This document shows positions 20,949 through 30,646 of a stretch of 64,000 nt of DNA, in pieces. A program made the position numbers and the translations under genes. Position 1 is the first letter of the stretch, and every line of letters begins with the position of its first letter. This DNA is from Candidatus Colwellbacteria bacterium (GTDB lineage: Bacteria; Patescibacteriota; Minisyncoccia; UBA6257; Colwellbacteraceae), in NCBI GenBank assembly GCA_030700125.1, contig JAUYKE010000021.1, forward strand, positions 2,492 to 66,491. Direction: 5' to 3'. The notes below the pieces were generated by a model that searched no databases, was not told where the DNA came from, and saw nothing but the letters and a program-made list of their open reading frames with translations.

Positions 20949-21419
20949 ATGACCATCGAAGTTCTCATAGAAATTCCCCGGGGATCTCGCAATAAATACG
21001 AACTGGATAAAAAGAGCGGCCGAATTAGATTAGATAGAGTTCTTCACAGCTCCGTTACCTATCCAGCTGATTATGGTCTTATCCCTGACACGGAATCTGC
21101 AGACGGTGATCCGTTAGATGTATTGGTAATTACTCGGTTCCCAACCTTCCCCGGCTGCGTAGTTGAAGCAAGACCTATCGCTTTAATAGACATGATTGAC
21201 ACTAAACAAGGGGATGAGAAAATTATTGCCGTCCCGGAAGGCGATCCTCAATTTGCTTCCTGGAACGATTTAAGCGATATCCCCGAAGCGCTCAAGAACG
21301 AGATAAATGAGTTTTTCAGGACCTATAAAAATCTCGAACCGGACAAATTCGTCGAAATTCAGGGTTGGAAAGGGAGAAAGGAGGCCGAAGAGATGGTAAA
21401 GAAATCAATGAAATCATGA
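20949..21419 (+). CDS. ppa: inorganic pyrophosphatase (family I)
   Basis: [23 protein letters not shown]. Confidence 0.95.
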   Translation: MTIEVLIEIPRGSRNKYELDKKSGRIRLDRVLHSSVTYPADYGLIPDTESADGDPLDVLVITRFPTFPGCVVEARPIALIDMIDTKQGDEKIIAVPEGDPQFASWNDLSDIPEALKNEINEFFRTYKNLEPDKFVEIQGWKGRKEAEEMVKKSMKS

Positions 21420-22060
21420 ATCCGAAAAACTTCGAACAATTCAATCAATACCTAATCCCTACCGTTATTGAAAAATCCCCTTCTGGCGAGCGGGCTTATG
21501 ACATTTATTCCCGCTTGCTCAAAGACAACATTATTTTCTTGGGTGGTCCCATTAACGACCCTGTGGCTAACGCCGTTATTGCCCAAATGCTTTTCTTGCA
21601 GAGTCAGGATCCGAAAAAAACCATTCAGCTCTACATTAATTCCCCGGGCGGGTCAGTGACGGCCGGCATGGCCATTTACGACACCATGCAATATGTGAAA
21701 CCCGACATAAGCACTCTTTGTATCGGTATTGCCGCCTCCATGGGAGCGTTTCTCTTAGCCGCTGGTGCTAAAGGAAAACGGCATGCTCTACCGAATTCAG
21801 AAGTTTTGCTCCACCAAGTGATGGGAGAGGCCGGCGGACAAGCAGCTGACATTGAAATTACCGCTCGGCAGATCGTGAAAACCAAGGAGAAGATGAATAA
21901 ACTTCTAGCCAAGCACACCGGCCAGCCGTTATCTAGAGTTGAGAAAGACACCGATCGTGACTTCTGGCTCTCCGCCGAAGAAGCTAAAAAATATGGCCTC
22001 ATTGATGAAGTGATTCTGAACGCCGCTAAACTCACTCCCGCAAAAAGCAGTAAAAAATAA
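21416..22060 (+). CDS. clpP: ATP-dependent Clp protease proteolytic subunit
   Basis: [22 protein letters not shown]; ATGA overlap with ppa. Confidence 0.97.
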   Translation: MNPKNFEQFNQYLIPTVIEKSPSGERAYDIYSRLLKDNIIFLGGPINDPVANAVIAQMLFLQSQDPKKTIQLYINSPGGSVTAGMAIYDTMQYVKPDISTLCIGIAASMGAFLLAAGAKGKRHALPNSEVLLHQVMGEAGGQAADIEITARQIVKTKEKMNKLLAKHTGQPLSRVEKDTDRDFWLSAEEAKKYGLIDEVILNAAKLTPAKSSKK

Positions 22061-22066
22061 TTCCTG

Positions 22067-23296
22067 ATGAAGGTTGACACCAACCCTCGAAAGATTAAAG
22101 CGCTAGTTGATAGCCGCTTTATTGATAAGATTTATCCTTCTCGTGCCAAGCTTGAAGAAGCACTCCGCTCCGGAAAGCGACTCACTATTTATCACGGCGT
22201 AGATCCCACTGCGCCGGATCTCCACTTAGGCCACTCCACTAATTTTTTACTCCTTCGTGAACTCCAAAAACTTGGCCATCGCATCATTTTATTAGTCGGA
22301 GATTTCACCGCTCGCATTGGTGATCCAACAGATAAGTTGTCTGCCAGAAAACCTTTTACTGAAAAAGAGGTTAAAAATAACAGTAAAACTTATAAAAATC
22401 AGGCCGGTAAAATTCTAAGCTTTACTGGCGCCAATCCTGCCGAAATTGCTTTCAATAGCCGCTGGTTAAAGCGGATGAATTTTGAGGACCTGATTAAATT
22501 GAGCGCTAAATTAACACACGCTCAAATTATTAAGCGCGACATGTTCCGTCGCAGGATAAAAGAGGATAAAGAGATTTTTCTCCACGAATTTCTTTATCCC
22601 CTAATGCAAGGATATGATTCAGTCGCTCTAAAAACTGACGCGGAGGTTGGCGGTACGGATCAAACGTTCAACATGCTGGTCGGTCGCGATTTAGAAAAAG
22701 CCTATTTGAATAAAGAGAAGTTTGTAATCACGACTCCCCTGCTTGAAAATCCGAAAACTGGCAGAAAATTGATGTCCAAAAGCGAAGGCGGCTACATCAG
22801 CCTGCAGGACTCTCCAGCAGAAATGTATGGCAAATTGATGGCTTTACCAGATGAAGTTATTATCCCCTGTCTTGAATTGTGTACTGAGTACCCCCAAGAG
22901 CAGATTGAGGGGATCAAAAAGGGATTTAAGAGGGATCCAACCAACCCGCGAGACGCAAAGCTTATATTGGGATATGAAGTAGTTAAGATTTACTACGGAA
23001 AAGAAAAGGCACAAGACGAACAAAATAAATTCATAAATACCATTCTAAAAAAAGGCTTACCAAAAGAAAAAGCGGTCCATTCTTTAACACTTGAGCTTCC
23101 TTTTAGAGATATCATTTATGTATTAGTAAACGGAGGCCTTGCTTCCAGTAAAAGTAGTGCTTGGAGACTTGTGAATCAGGGAGCAGTTAAAATCGACAGT
23201 GAGAGAATTGATAATCCTAAGCATATGCTCGCAGGCGGTGAGTTAATCGAGGTAGGAAAAAAGCGGCATTTTCTGCGAGTAAGATACAGGAAGTAG
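22067..23296 (+). CDS. tyrS: tyrosine--tRNA ligase
   Basis: GVDPTAPDLHLGH, YPLMQGYD, GGTDQ, LMSKS, C-terminal S4 domain. Confidence 0.97.
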   Translation: MKVDTNPRKIKALVDSRFIDKIYPSRAKLEEALRSGKRLTIYHGVDPTAPDLHLGHSTNFLLLRELQKLGHRIILLVGDFTARIGDPTDKLSARKPFTEKEVKNNSKTYKNQAGKILSFTGANPAEIAFNSRWLKRMNFEDLIKLSAKLTHAQIIKRDMFRRRIKEDKEIFLHEFLYPLMQGYDSVALKTDAEVGGTDQTFNMLVGRDLEKAYLNKEKFVITTPLLENPKTGRKLMSKSEGGYISLQDSPAEMYGKLMALPDEVIIPCLELCTEYPQEQIEGIKKGFKRDPTNPRDAKLILGYEVVKIYYGKEKAQDEQNKFINTILKKGLPKEKAVHSLTLELPFRDIIYVLVNGGLASSKSSAWRLVNQGAVKIDSERIDNPKHMLAGGELIEVGKKRHFLRVRYRK

Positions 23297-23303
23297 AAAT
23301 AAT

Positions 23304-23377
23304 TGGCGGGAGTTGAGGGAATCGAACCCCCGACCGCGGTTTTGGAGACCGCCGTTATGCCACTTAACTAAACTCCC
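23304..23377 (-). tRNA. tRNA-Trp(CCA)
   Basis: GCGGT-CT-CCA-AA-ACCGC; CCA encoded. Confidence 0.93.
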
Positions 23378-23380
23378 AAC

Positions 23381-23454
23381 TGGAGCGGGGTACGAGAATT
23401 GAACTCGCGTCTCGACGTTGGCAACGTCGCATACTACCACTGTACTAACCCCGC
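23381..23454 (-). tRNA. tRNA-Gly(GCC)
   Basis: CGACG-TT-GCC-AA-CGTCG; TCCA end. Confidence 0.93.
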
Positions 23455-23524
23455 CTCTGGATTCACTTAATAAGTTAAGTTAGTATTTATCTGTTGTAAA
23501 GGACGTCTGACGTCCCAGAACTGT

Positions 23525-24169
23525 ATGAACGTCAAAAAAGTCAGTGGCTTTATCAGAAAATATTTAAAATCCACCGGCCGGCGGAGGAAAGCATTATATG
23601 TCGCCGGTTTGGCGGCTATTCTTCTAGCCGGCGGCTGGTATTGGTACGACCAAAGTCAGGGGGCTTACGTCCCGCCGGATTTTTTTGAAGCCAGGAATCG
23701 CGCTGGTGAAGTCTCAGTGAGAATATTGCAACTTACCGATGCCTCGGTGCAAACCCTGCGACTCATTAGCACCGCCGATGAAAAAGGCAATTATAAGCGC
23801 GGCCTGGATTTAGTTTTAGAAGAAGTTGATAGAAACGAAGCAACAAGAGCTGAAGCGATTAAATTATCGGAAGAATTAAAAAATATGGCCATTAATCTCG
23901 GCGCAATTCGGCCAGAGAAAGCAGCTCAGGTTGGACTTCAGACCACCACCAGCGGTCTGGAGCTGGTCCAGCACTTAATTAATTACAACAATTACACTCA
24001 AGAATTACTAGGCGTTCTCCAAACACGGCTTAAAAGCAACGGCTCTCCTGAAACCAGGCAAAGGATTGAACAAATTATTTTGAGAATGAATCAAGAGGCA
24101 GAAGCCGTGAATGAATTGAATGATCGGTACAAGGAAGAGATGAGAGAATTCGACCGGCTGACTTCTTAG
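23525..24169 (+). CDS. hypothetical single-TM helical protein
   Basis: N-terminal TM then a helical/coiled-coil region. Confidence 0.75.
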   Translation: MNVKKVSGFIRKYLKSTGRRRKALYVAGLAAILLAGGWYWYDQSQGAYVPPDFFEARNRAGEVSVRILQLTDASVQTLRLISTADEKGNYKRGLDLVLEEVDRNEATRAEAIKLSEELKNMAINLGAIRPEKAAQVGLQTTTSGLELVQHLINYNNYTQELLGVLQTRLKSNGSPETRQRIEQIILRMNQEAEAVNELNDRYKEEMREFDRLTS

Positions 24170-24182
24170 TACTTTTATTTAG

Positions 24183-24253
24183 TCGGGGCGCCGAGACTCG
24201 AACTCGAACTAAATCCTCCCAAAGGACTCGTGCTGCCATTACACTACGCCCCG
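24183..24253 (-). tRNA. tRNA-Pro(UGG)
   Basis: CGGGGCG acceptor; AGTCC-TT-TGG-GA-GGATT anticodon arm. Confidence 0.88.
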
Positions 24254-24670
24254 ATACTTATATTTGTTTTTCAATAATTCCTCTAATCTACTGCTTAGCT
24301 TCAGGTAGGTGGCTTTATCGGAATATCTAATTTTACATGTTCCCATACTTTTCCCGACCTTATTACCTTGAGGTCTAACTATAGTTTTTGTAAATCTATT
24401 TTTTGGAATTCTAGTTACTTCTGACCAATAATTCTCTATGTATTCTTTGTCATCTCCTTCGTGAATTTGAAGTTGTAATTTTAAACGTGGCTCATCTATC
24501 CTGATATCGTTCCTTAAGAAATCTAAGAACAATTTTATTATGTCCGGATTTGTATTAGTAACGTCAACATTGCGTATCCAGGTGTTTTTCCACCGTTTAT
24601 CTTTATATGCTTTAGTCCCTTCTGTCCACCAAATTATTATACCTATAACTTCTCTCAGACTATATCCCAT
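24239..24670 (-). CDS. LAGLIDADG-like homing endonuclease family protein
   Basis: GIIIWWTEG..VTNTNPDIIKLFLDFL..YWSEVTRIP..GTCKIRY pattern; AT-rich; stop codon lies inside tRNA-Pro. Confidence 0.65.
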   Translation of the reverse strand: MGYSLREVIGIIIWWTEGTKAYKDKRWKNTWIRNVDVTNTNPDIIKLFLDFLRNDIRIDEPRLKLQLQIHEGDDKEYIENYWSEVTRIPKNRFTKTIVRPQGNKVGKSMGTCKIRYSDKATYLKLSSRLEELLKNKYKYRGVV

Positions 24671-24722
24671 ATACTACTATCCTAGCATAGCACATGCTAT
24701 TCAGCAAGTTGATAAATGCATA

Positions 24723-24850
24723 ATAATCAGCCCAGCACGCGCCTGCCCCGTAGCGAGCCATGCCGTGTGGCGAGCTTTGCTCTGCTACTGGGGTACCACC
24801 ATCACCTTCCTGCGCTAAAGCTACGAACGGGCACAGTACGCCAGCCCGTT
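24723..24850 (-). pseudogene. initiator-tRNA-like 5' half with two palindromic inserts
   Basis: aacgggctggcgta[insert 1]tggtggta[ccccagtag...ctacggggcagg]cgcgtgctgggctgat; CTGGG stem typical of tRNA-fMet. Confidence 0.5.
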
Positions 24851-24855
24851 CTTTG

Positions 24856-24927
24856 TCTCCCCGGCAGGAATCGAACCCGCATTTAGAGGTTAGAAACCTC
24901 TTGTTCTGTCCGTTGAACTACGGGGAG
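24856..24927 (-). tRNA. tRNA-Arg(UCU)
   Basis: AGAGG-TT-TCT-AA-CCTCT. Confidence 0.92.
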
Positions 24928-24933
24928 GGCCTG

Positions 24934-25005
24934 TGCCGGAGCGGTGAATCGAACACCGGACGCTCGCCTCTTCAGGGCGACGCTCTACCACTGAGCTACT
25001 CCGGC
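24934..25005 (-). tRNA. tRNA-Phe(GAA)
   Basis: TCGCC-CT-GAA-GA-GGCGA. Confidence 0.92.
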
Positions 25006-25079
25006 AAGCGTAAAAATTTTAGCGAGCTTTATTAAAAATTGCAATTGATTGAAGATTTGAATATATTTTGAATAGCTTC

Positions 25080-25151
25080 GCCCTTGTAGTTCAACGGATA
25101 GAACGCGGGTTTCCTAAACCTGAAATCGAGGTTCGATTCCTCGCAGGGGCA
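25080..25151 (+). tRNA. tRNA-Arg(CCU)
   Basis: CGGGT-TT-CCT-AA-ACCTG. Confidence 0.9.
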
Positions 25152-25197
25152 CAATTGATTTTAATATCCCAAATTGTTATTCTCAGCTTGAAATTAT

Positions 25198-25274
<77 letters not shown>

Positions 25275-25299
25275 AAATTAAATCTGGTATAATTTTAAT

Positions 25300-25434
25300 A
25301 TGATGAACTGGGGAGGAGGATACGGAATGATGGGCGGAGGATGGGGCCTTTGGGGTTCTATCTTCTGGCTCGTGCTTCTCGTAGACCTCGTTTTGTTAGG
25401 CGTCTGGCTTTGGAAGCAGATCAATAAGAAATAG
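25300..25434 (+). CDS. 44-aa Gly/Met-rich single-TM small protein (not in ORF track)
   Basis: MMNWGGGYGMMGGGWGLWGSIFWLVLLVDLVLLGVWLWKQINKK; TGGTATAAT 6 nt before ATG. Confidence 0.75.
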   Translation: MMNWGGGYGMMGGGWGLWGSIFWLVLLVDLVLLGVWLWKQINKK

Positions 25435-25550
25435 AGATTGCGTTTCTAAAAAGAAGATGCCCCGCCCCTCCTTCGTCTGCTGGTTGGCGGACTTCGGACG
25501 GGCGAGGCGTGCTGCGGAGTAACAGAGCGTCTCCTCCGTGCTGGGCGAGA

Positions 25551-25781
25551 CTAGTGACCGACGGGGGTCTTGGAGGACTCCCTTTTCGCTTTGCGGAGCG
25601 CCATCATGCTTTGGATATCCCCTAGCGCAAAGGCTCCTAGAGACAATGGGACAAGGATGATTCCGCCGAAAAAGCGCCGAAGGAAAGCGAGTCTCCCATC
25701 CCCTCGGTGCTGCAAGAACCAGACGCTGATGAAACCCAGCACAAGCCAGACGGTAACGAGTATCAATGCCCACTGAGGCAT
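25551..25781 (-). CDS. small two-TM hypothetical protein
   Basis: SD GGGAGGT, 76 aa, hydrophobic. Confidence 0.6.
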   Translation of the reverse strand: MPQWALILVTVWLVLGFISVWFLQHRGDGRLAFLRRFFGGIILVPLSLGAFALGDIQSMMALRKAKRESSKTPVGH

Positions 25782-25868
25782 GTTTAACCTCCCTCGGATA
25801 GACGAAGAGCTATCTTATTTATTAAGCAAGAGGCTGATTCAGTCAAATTGTGGTAGAATTGGGAACCT

Positions 25869-26552
25869 ATGAATAGAAGAAATTTAATTTTACTGCTCGT
25901 CGTTATTTTAATTATTGCCGGTGGGGCGGGATATTACTTTTGGAATAAAAAGGGTATATCAGATGTTCCCGATGCCTCCAGTGAAGGAGGGGCTGTATCG
26001 CAAGAAGGCCCCTCGTTCTTTGACACTTTTTTTGAAAAGCTTGGGTCCTCTGACGAGTCGAAAAAACAAGCGGGCCTCAAAGAATACAAAGATCCTACTG
26101 GCACATTCAGAATTATGCACCCTCCCGCTTGGATTGTGCGCGGCGAAGAGGGAAGATTGTTAAAAGGGGCGAGCTTGACCTCTCCCGAGCTACTCAACCA
26201 ATACTCCGCTGAAGAACAGCAATTCGTAAAGGGGTTAGTTGTTGCCGCTGCTGAATCCGAAGAAACACCCGAGGCCTACTATAAGAATCTGATAGCCGGG
26301 GCGGAGACCGGCCAAACCGAAGCCAGGAACTTAACTGTTAACGACTACCCCGCCTATCTTGTAAAAGGAAGTGTTAGGGGTATCTCTTACACAATTTACA
26401 TCGTCTCTCATAATAACCGGATTGTTTACTTCAACTATCGCAGCCTGGAAGAGACAAGCGCTCACCAAAATGACATCAAGAGGGCCATTGATTTCGGTCC
26501 ATATCTCACGGACTTTGAGGCCGCCGTTAACTCCATTAAGTTTCTTAAATAA
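25869..26552 (+). CDS. membrane-anchored PsbP-like domain protein
   Basis: TM then YKDPTGTFRIMHPPAW...LTVNDYPAY...VNSIKF pattern. Confidence 0.65.
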   Translation: MNRRNLILLLVVILIIAGGAGYYFWNKKGISDVPDASSEGGAVSQEGPSFFDTFFEKLGSSDESKKQAGLKEYKDPTGTFRIMHPPAWIVRGEEGRLLKGASLTSPELLNQYSAEEQQFVKGLVVAAAESEETPEAYYKNLIAGAETGQTEARNLTVNDYPAYLVKGSVRGISYTIYIVSHNNRIVYFNYRSLEETSAHQNDIKRAIDFGPYLTDFEAAVNSIKFLK

Positions 26553-26573
26553 GCGACCTGGTATAATTAAAGG

Positions 26574-27152
26574 GTGATGAAGATTAAGTATCCCAATATC
26601 ACTCTCTTTGTCTTGTCGCTTGTTATAGCCGTCATTTTGTCTTGGACCGGCGTGTTTGACTCCTTCGCCGAGCTTGGTAAATTAGATTATTTAGGAGCCC
26701 TCATTGCCGGACTTCTCTGGCCCTTTACGTTCGCTACCCCCTTGGCAGCCGCCAGCTTTTTCTATTTAGGACAGACCGCCAATATCTGGATGATTGTTGC
26801 TGTTGGTAGTATCGGTTCTCTTTTTTCGGATATAATTATCTGGAAGTTTTTTAAGGGAGGTATTTTTACCGAATTCGAAAAAATCTGGGAAGATTATAAG
26901 AATCATCACCGCCGCCCTTTCCGCCGTGAACACCGGTTTCACTTGATTCAACTTTTCCACTCACGTCCCTTCCATTTCATCACCCTCTTTTCGGGCGTTA
27001 TCGTACTATTTTCTCCTTTACCGGATGAAATCGGGCTGGAGATGCTTGCTTATTACAAGCTAAGCCCAGCAAAATTTGTCTTTCTTTCCCTGGCTTCAGC
27101 CGCTTTTGCTATCTGGGTTGTAACGGGCGCCGGCCGTCTGGCTTTAGGCTAG
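26574..27152 (+). CDS. hypothetical membrane protein
   Basis: Multi-TM with SPLPDEIG motif. Confidence 0.75.
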   Translation: MMKIKYPNITLFVLSLVIAVILSWTGVFDSFAELGKLDYLGALIAGLLWPFTFATPLAAASFFYLGQTANIWMIVAVGSIGSLFSDIIIWKFFKGGIFTEFEKIWEDYKNHHRRPFRREHRFHLIQLFHSRPFHFITLFSGVIVLFSPLPDEIGLEMLAYYKLSPAKFVFLSLASAAFAIWVVTGAGRLALG

Positions 27153-27174
27153 AATCTGGTCTAATCTAAATCCA

Positions 27175-27852
27175 ATGTCGTCCTACGAAGTAGAGATTAA
27201 GTGTCTTTTGGGAGGGAAAGAAAGCGCTGACGGCTTGCTCGCGCGCATGAAAGAAAAAGATCCCGGCCTGCAGCAGGTAAGCTCTCACAAACAGCTAAAT
27301 CATTATTTTATGGGCGGCGACCTGAATCAGCTTTATGAAAACATTGCCCCACTTCTTAAAGAAGAAGAGAAAGAGGCCATCCAGGCCCTTCTCAAAAATG
27401 CAAAAAACTTCTCCCTAAGAACTAGGCAGGCCGATGAAAAGGTGATTCTGGTGCTTAAGGTTTCGGTGGACGAGGGGACGAGCGCCAATACCGTCGGCCG
27501 TATTGAATTTGAAGCAGAAACCCCAAAATTATCTTTGGAAGAACTGGACCAACTGGTGCTCAAATCCGGCCTTGAGTACCAAGCCAAGTGGTCCCGGGAA
27601 CGAACCGAGTATAAATATCTTGGAGCCAATGCCACAATCGATAAAAACGCCGGCTACGGCTACCTAGCTGAATTTGAAAAAATAATTAATGACGAAGCTA
27701 AGGTGGCTGAAGTAAAAACCCAGTTGAGAAAGATAGTTAACGAACTCTCGCTGGAAGAGCTGGATCAGGCGCGCCTTGAGCGGATGTTCGCATATTATAA
27801 CGCCAACTGGCAGGACTATTATGGAACCGATAAAGTTTTTGTAGTGGAATGA
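27175..27852 (+). CDS. CYTH / triphosphate tunnel metalloenzyme family protein
   Basis: YEVEIK (ExExK), QLNHYF, SLRTR, RIEFE, GYLAEFE. Confidence 0.8.
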   Translation: MSSYEVEIKCLLGGKESADGLLARMKEKDPGLQQVSSHKQLNHYFMGGDLNQLYENIAPLLKEEEKEAIQALLKNAKNFSLRTRQADEKVILVLKVSVDEGTSANTVGRIEFEAETPKLSLEELDQLVLKSGLEYQAKWSRERTEYKYLGANATIDKNAGYGYLAEFEKIINDEAKVAEVKTQLRKIVNELSLEELDQARLERMFAYYNANWQDYYGTDKVFVVE

Positions 27853-28859
27853 TGGTTCGACAAAGCTCACCACAGGCGGATCACCCGGAGTATCAATATT
27901 TAAATCTCCTAAAAGAGATCATTGCCGATGGTGTGAAAAATGTTGACCGCGGCACAGGGATGGCTTCATATAGCTTATTCGGCAGACAAACCCGGTACGA
28001 CTTATCAAAAGGGTTCCCGCTTCTAACGACGAAAAAAACCTACTGGCACGGGATTCTGCATGAGCTTTATTGGTTCTTGTCCGGCCAAACAAATATTAAA
28101 TATCTAATTGATAATAACGTCCATATTTGGGACGACTATCCTTACAAGATTTATAAAAAGAAGGCTAAGGGAGCGGATATAAAAGAGCTAAGCAAGGAAG
28201 AGTTTATCAATAAAATCGCGACTGATGCTAAGTTTGCTAAGGAGCACGGAGAACTACCTCGAATTTACGGAGAGATGTGGCGCAAGTGGCCCACTCGTAC
28301 ACCGGGCCGCACTATCGATCAGCTAAAGTGGGTAATTGATGAGATTAAGGAAGACCCATACGCCAGAAATGCGATAGTCACTTCTTGGAATCCGGAATAT
28401 CTCTACACAATGGCAACTCGTGAAGATACGAGCTACTTCCCAATTTGCCACAACATGTACCAGATTAGTGTTAAAGACGGCAAGTTATCCCTACAACTCT
28501 ATCAAAGAAGCGCCGATATGTTTTTGGGAGTACCGTTCAATATTGCGAGCTACGCTCTCTTAACTCATATTCTAGCTCGCGTGACCGGATACGAGCCGGG
28601 AGATTTTATCCACACTTTTGGCGATGTTCATATCTACGAAAATCATCTAGAGCAATCAAAGGAGCAGATCACTCGCGAGCCAAGACCTCTCCCCTCTTTA
28701 AAAATTAATCCATCAGTGAGAAGCTTTGACGACTTTAGGCCGGAGCACGTGATTCTCGAAGGATATGACCCTCACCCGCCAATTAAAGGAGATTTTACAG
28801 TCGCCGGCGGCTTTTATGAATCAGAAACAGCTAGACAGAATCTAGAATTTAGAAAATAG
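27849..28859 (+). CDS. thyA: thymidylate synthase
   Basis: DRGTG, GFPLLTTKK, PICH catalytic Cys, YQRSADMFLGVPFNIASY, HIYENH. Confidence 0.97.
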   Translation: MMVRQSSPQADHPEYQYLNLLKEIIADGVKNVDRGTGMASYSLFGRQTRYDLSKGFPLLTTKKTYWHGILHELYWFLSGQTNIKYLIDNNVHIWDDYPYKIYKKKAKGADIKELSKEEFINKIATDAKFAKEHGELPRIYGEMWRKWPTRTPGRTIDQLKWVIDEIKEDPYARNAIVTSWNPEYLYTMATREDTSYFPICHNMYQISVKDGKLSLQLYQRSADMFLGVPFNIASYALLTHILARVTGYEPGDFIHTFGDVHIYENHLEQSKEQITREPRPLPSLKINPSVRSFDDFRPEHVILEGYDPHPPIKGDFTVAGGFYESETARQNLEFRK

Positions 28860-28875
28860 AATCTAGAATATTGTA

Positions 28876-29367
28876 ATGCGACCGAAAGTCTCTATCATTG
28901 CTGCTATCTCTGAAAATGGAGCGATTGGAAAAGATAATCAGCTTTTATGGCACATTCCAGGGGACATGCGCCGCTTCAAGGAACTGACCACGGGCCACGT
29001 GGTCATCATGGGTCGAAAGACATATGAGACAATCGGAAAACCGCTTCCGAATCGAACCAATATCATCCTTACAAGGGATAAAAACTACAGCGCCCCTGAC
29101 TGCCTTGTAGTCCCCTCTTTGGAAGAGGCCCTAGAGAAAGCTAAAGAGATAGAAAACGACGAAATCTTCATTATGGGCGGCGGGGAGATTTACCGTCAGG
29201 CGATCGGCAAAGCCCACAAGCTTTATCTCACCTTGGTCCACCAGAATTTTGAAGGAGATGTTTTCTTCCCTGATCATTCGCAATTTAAAAAGGAGGTCTT
29301 TCGCGAAGAAGGCGAATCCGCTAACGGACTCAAATTCACTTTCCTGGAACTTGAAAAGTTGCTATAG
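28876..29367 (+). CDS. folA: dihydrofolate reductase
   Basis: IGKDNQLLWHIPGD, IMGRKT, LPNRTNI, IMGGGEIY. Confidence 0.96.
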   Translation: MRPKVSIIAAISENGAIGKDNQLLWHIPGDMRRFKELTTGHVVIMGRKTYETIGKPLPNRTNIILTRDKNYSAPDCLVVPSLEEALEKAKEIENDEIFIMGGGEIYRQAIGKAHKLYLTLVHQNFEGDVFFPDHSQFKKEVFREEGESANGLKFTFLELEKLL

Positions 29368-29371
29368 CTCA

Positions 29372-29411
29372 CTACTAAACAAATTCCGCGATCGCGGAAT
29401 TTGTTTAGTAG
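29372..29411. repeat. perfect 40-bp palindrome between convergent folA and dcd
   Basis: ctactaaacaaattccgcga|tcgcggaatttgtttagtag. Confidence 0.9.
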
Positions 29412-29414
29412 ATG

Positions 29415-30008
29415 TCATTTTCCCTTCTTTATTTCTTGCTTAACTTCTTTTCCGAGCTTGGAGGCATCGGCGTTCTTCGCCCCGGCGTATTTGGCGCCCT
29501 TCTTTTTGGAATAAGGCACCTCTACTTTGCTAGAAACCTCCTCAAAAGTGAAGGCGCAGATTCTCATTCCCGGATAAAGCGTCACTGGCATCACTCCTAA
29601 ATTCCCGAGCTCCATCGTTGGTTTGCCGTCCCAGCCAGGATCAAAAAGCCCGGCGGTGCTGTGGACAATAATTCCCAGTCGCCCCAGCGAACTTCTGCCC
29701 TCAATCCGACCGGCAATGTCCGAGGCGAGCTTCAAGCGCTCGACCGTGGTGGCAATGGCAAAATCCCCCGGTTGAAGAATAAAGGGCTTCCCCTTGGGTA
29801 TCACGACTTCTTCCATAATGCTTGCCACATCAACATCGCCCATTAAATCAATGAAAGGATGAGTCGAATGTTTAAAGACACGGAAACGGTTTCCCAAATG
29901 AAAATCAATGGAGCAGGAGCCCAGCTGCTTTGAATAATCCGGTTTGGGGGTGATTTTTATTCTGCCTGAAGCGATGGCTTTTTTGATGTCCCTGTCAGAG
30001 AGAACCAT
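29415..30008 (-). CDS. dcd: dCTP deaminase
   Basis: MVLSDRDI, GRSSLGRLG, FDPGWDG, TMELGN, YPGMRIC. Confidence 0.95.
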   Translation of the reverse strand: MVLSDRDIKKAIASGRIKITPKPDYSKQLGSCSIDFHLGNRFRVFKHSTHPFIDLMGDVDVASIMEEVVIPKGKPFILQPGDFAIATTVERLKLASDIAGRIEGRSSLGRLGIIVHSTAGLFDPGWDGKPTMELGNLGVMPVTLYPGMRICAFTFEEVSSKVEVPYSKKKGAKYAGAKNADASKLGKEVKQEIKKGK

Positions 30009-30123
30009 GGACCAATTGTAGCTAGAAAATGGAATCTAGAAAATAGAAGACTGCTTTACGAGAAGAAACGAATGTGGTAAACGTGAGGGCTGTACCGTAA
30101 CACAATTTTGAGGAGGAACAACT

Positions 30124-30543
30124 ATGTCGGGAGTCAGTGGAGCAAGTCTCTTCCGTAACAAATTGAGGGAGAGAGGATTGCTCCCCGTTCAGATCGCAGC
30201 AAAACCAGTTCCCATCAGTGCCCTCGAGCTTGTCCCCATCTGCGGGGACGACGAACTCTGGATCTCCGGCGAGGATCTGCTGATGCGAGCTCGGGAAGTC
30301 GAGGCTGATTTCGGCCAAGATCAGATCGAGTACATGTTGGAACGCCGCGATGAGTTTCCGGAAGAATGGGGGATCATCTCCTTCCTTCTCTTTCCAGACG
30401 TAGTCAGGAGAGACCAGCCCGGGAACCTGTATTTCCCCTTCATCTACTGGAACGGGGAGTGGAATCTGGAGTTCTGCTTACTCGATAGTCGTCACCCCCC
30501 GAGTGGGCGACTGGTCCGGCGTCGTAAGCGTCCACGCGAGTAG
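30124..30543 (+). CDS. hypothetical accessory protein
   Basis: SD GAGGAGG; own terminator at 30558-30594; GC-richer than flanks. Confidence 0.65.
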   Translation: MSGVSGASLFRNKLRERGLLPVQIAAKPVPISALELVPICGDDELWISGEDLLMRAREVEADFGQDQIEYMLERRDEFPEEWGIISFLLFPDVVRRDQPGNLYFPFIYWNGEWNLEFCLLDSRHPPSGRLVRRRKRPRE

Positions 30544-30646
30544 CTGAACCCTCAACCGAAGCCCGTCCCGATGCACTGTCATCGGGCGGGCTTCTCTACT
30601 TCTAGATTCTATTTTCTACTTTCTAGATTTTTGCTATTCTTGACCC

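Noticed and set aside
24239-24850. Group I intron in a tRNA anticodon loop carrying the LAGLIDADG ORF
   Set aside because: No matching 3' exon and no room for a ribozyme core; the ORF runs straight into an intact tRNA-Pro.
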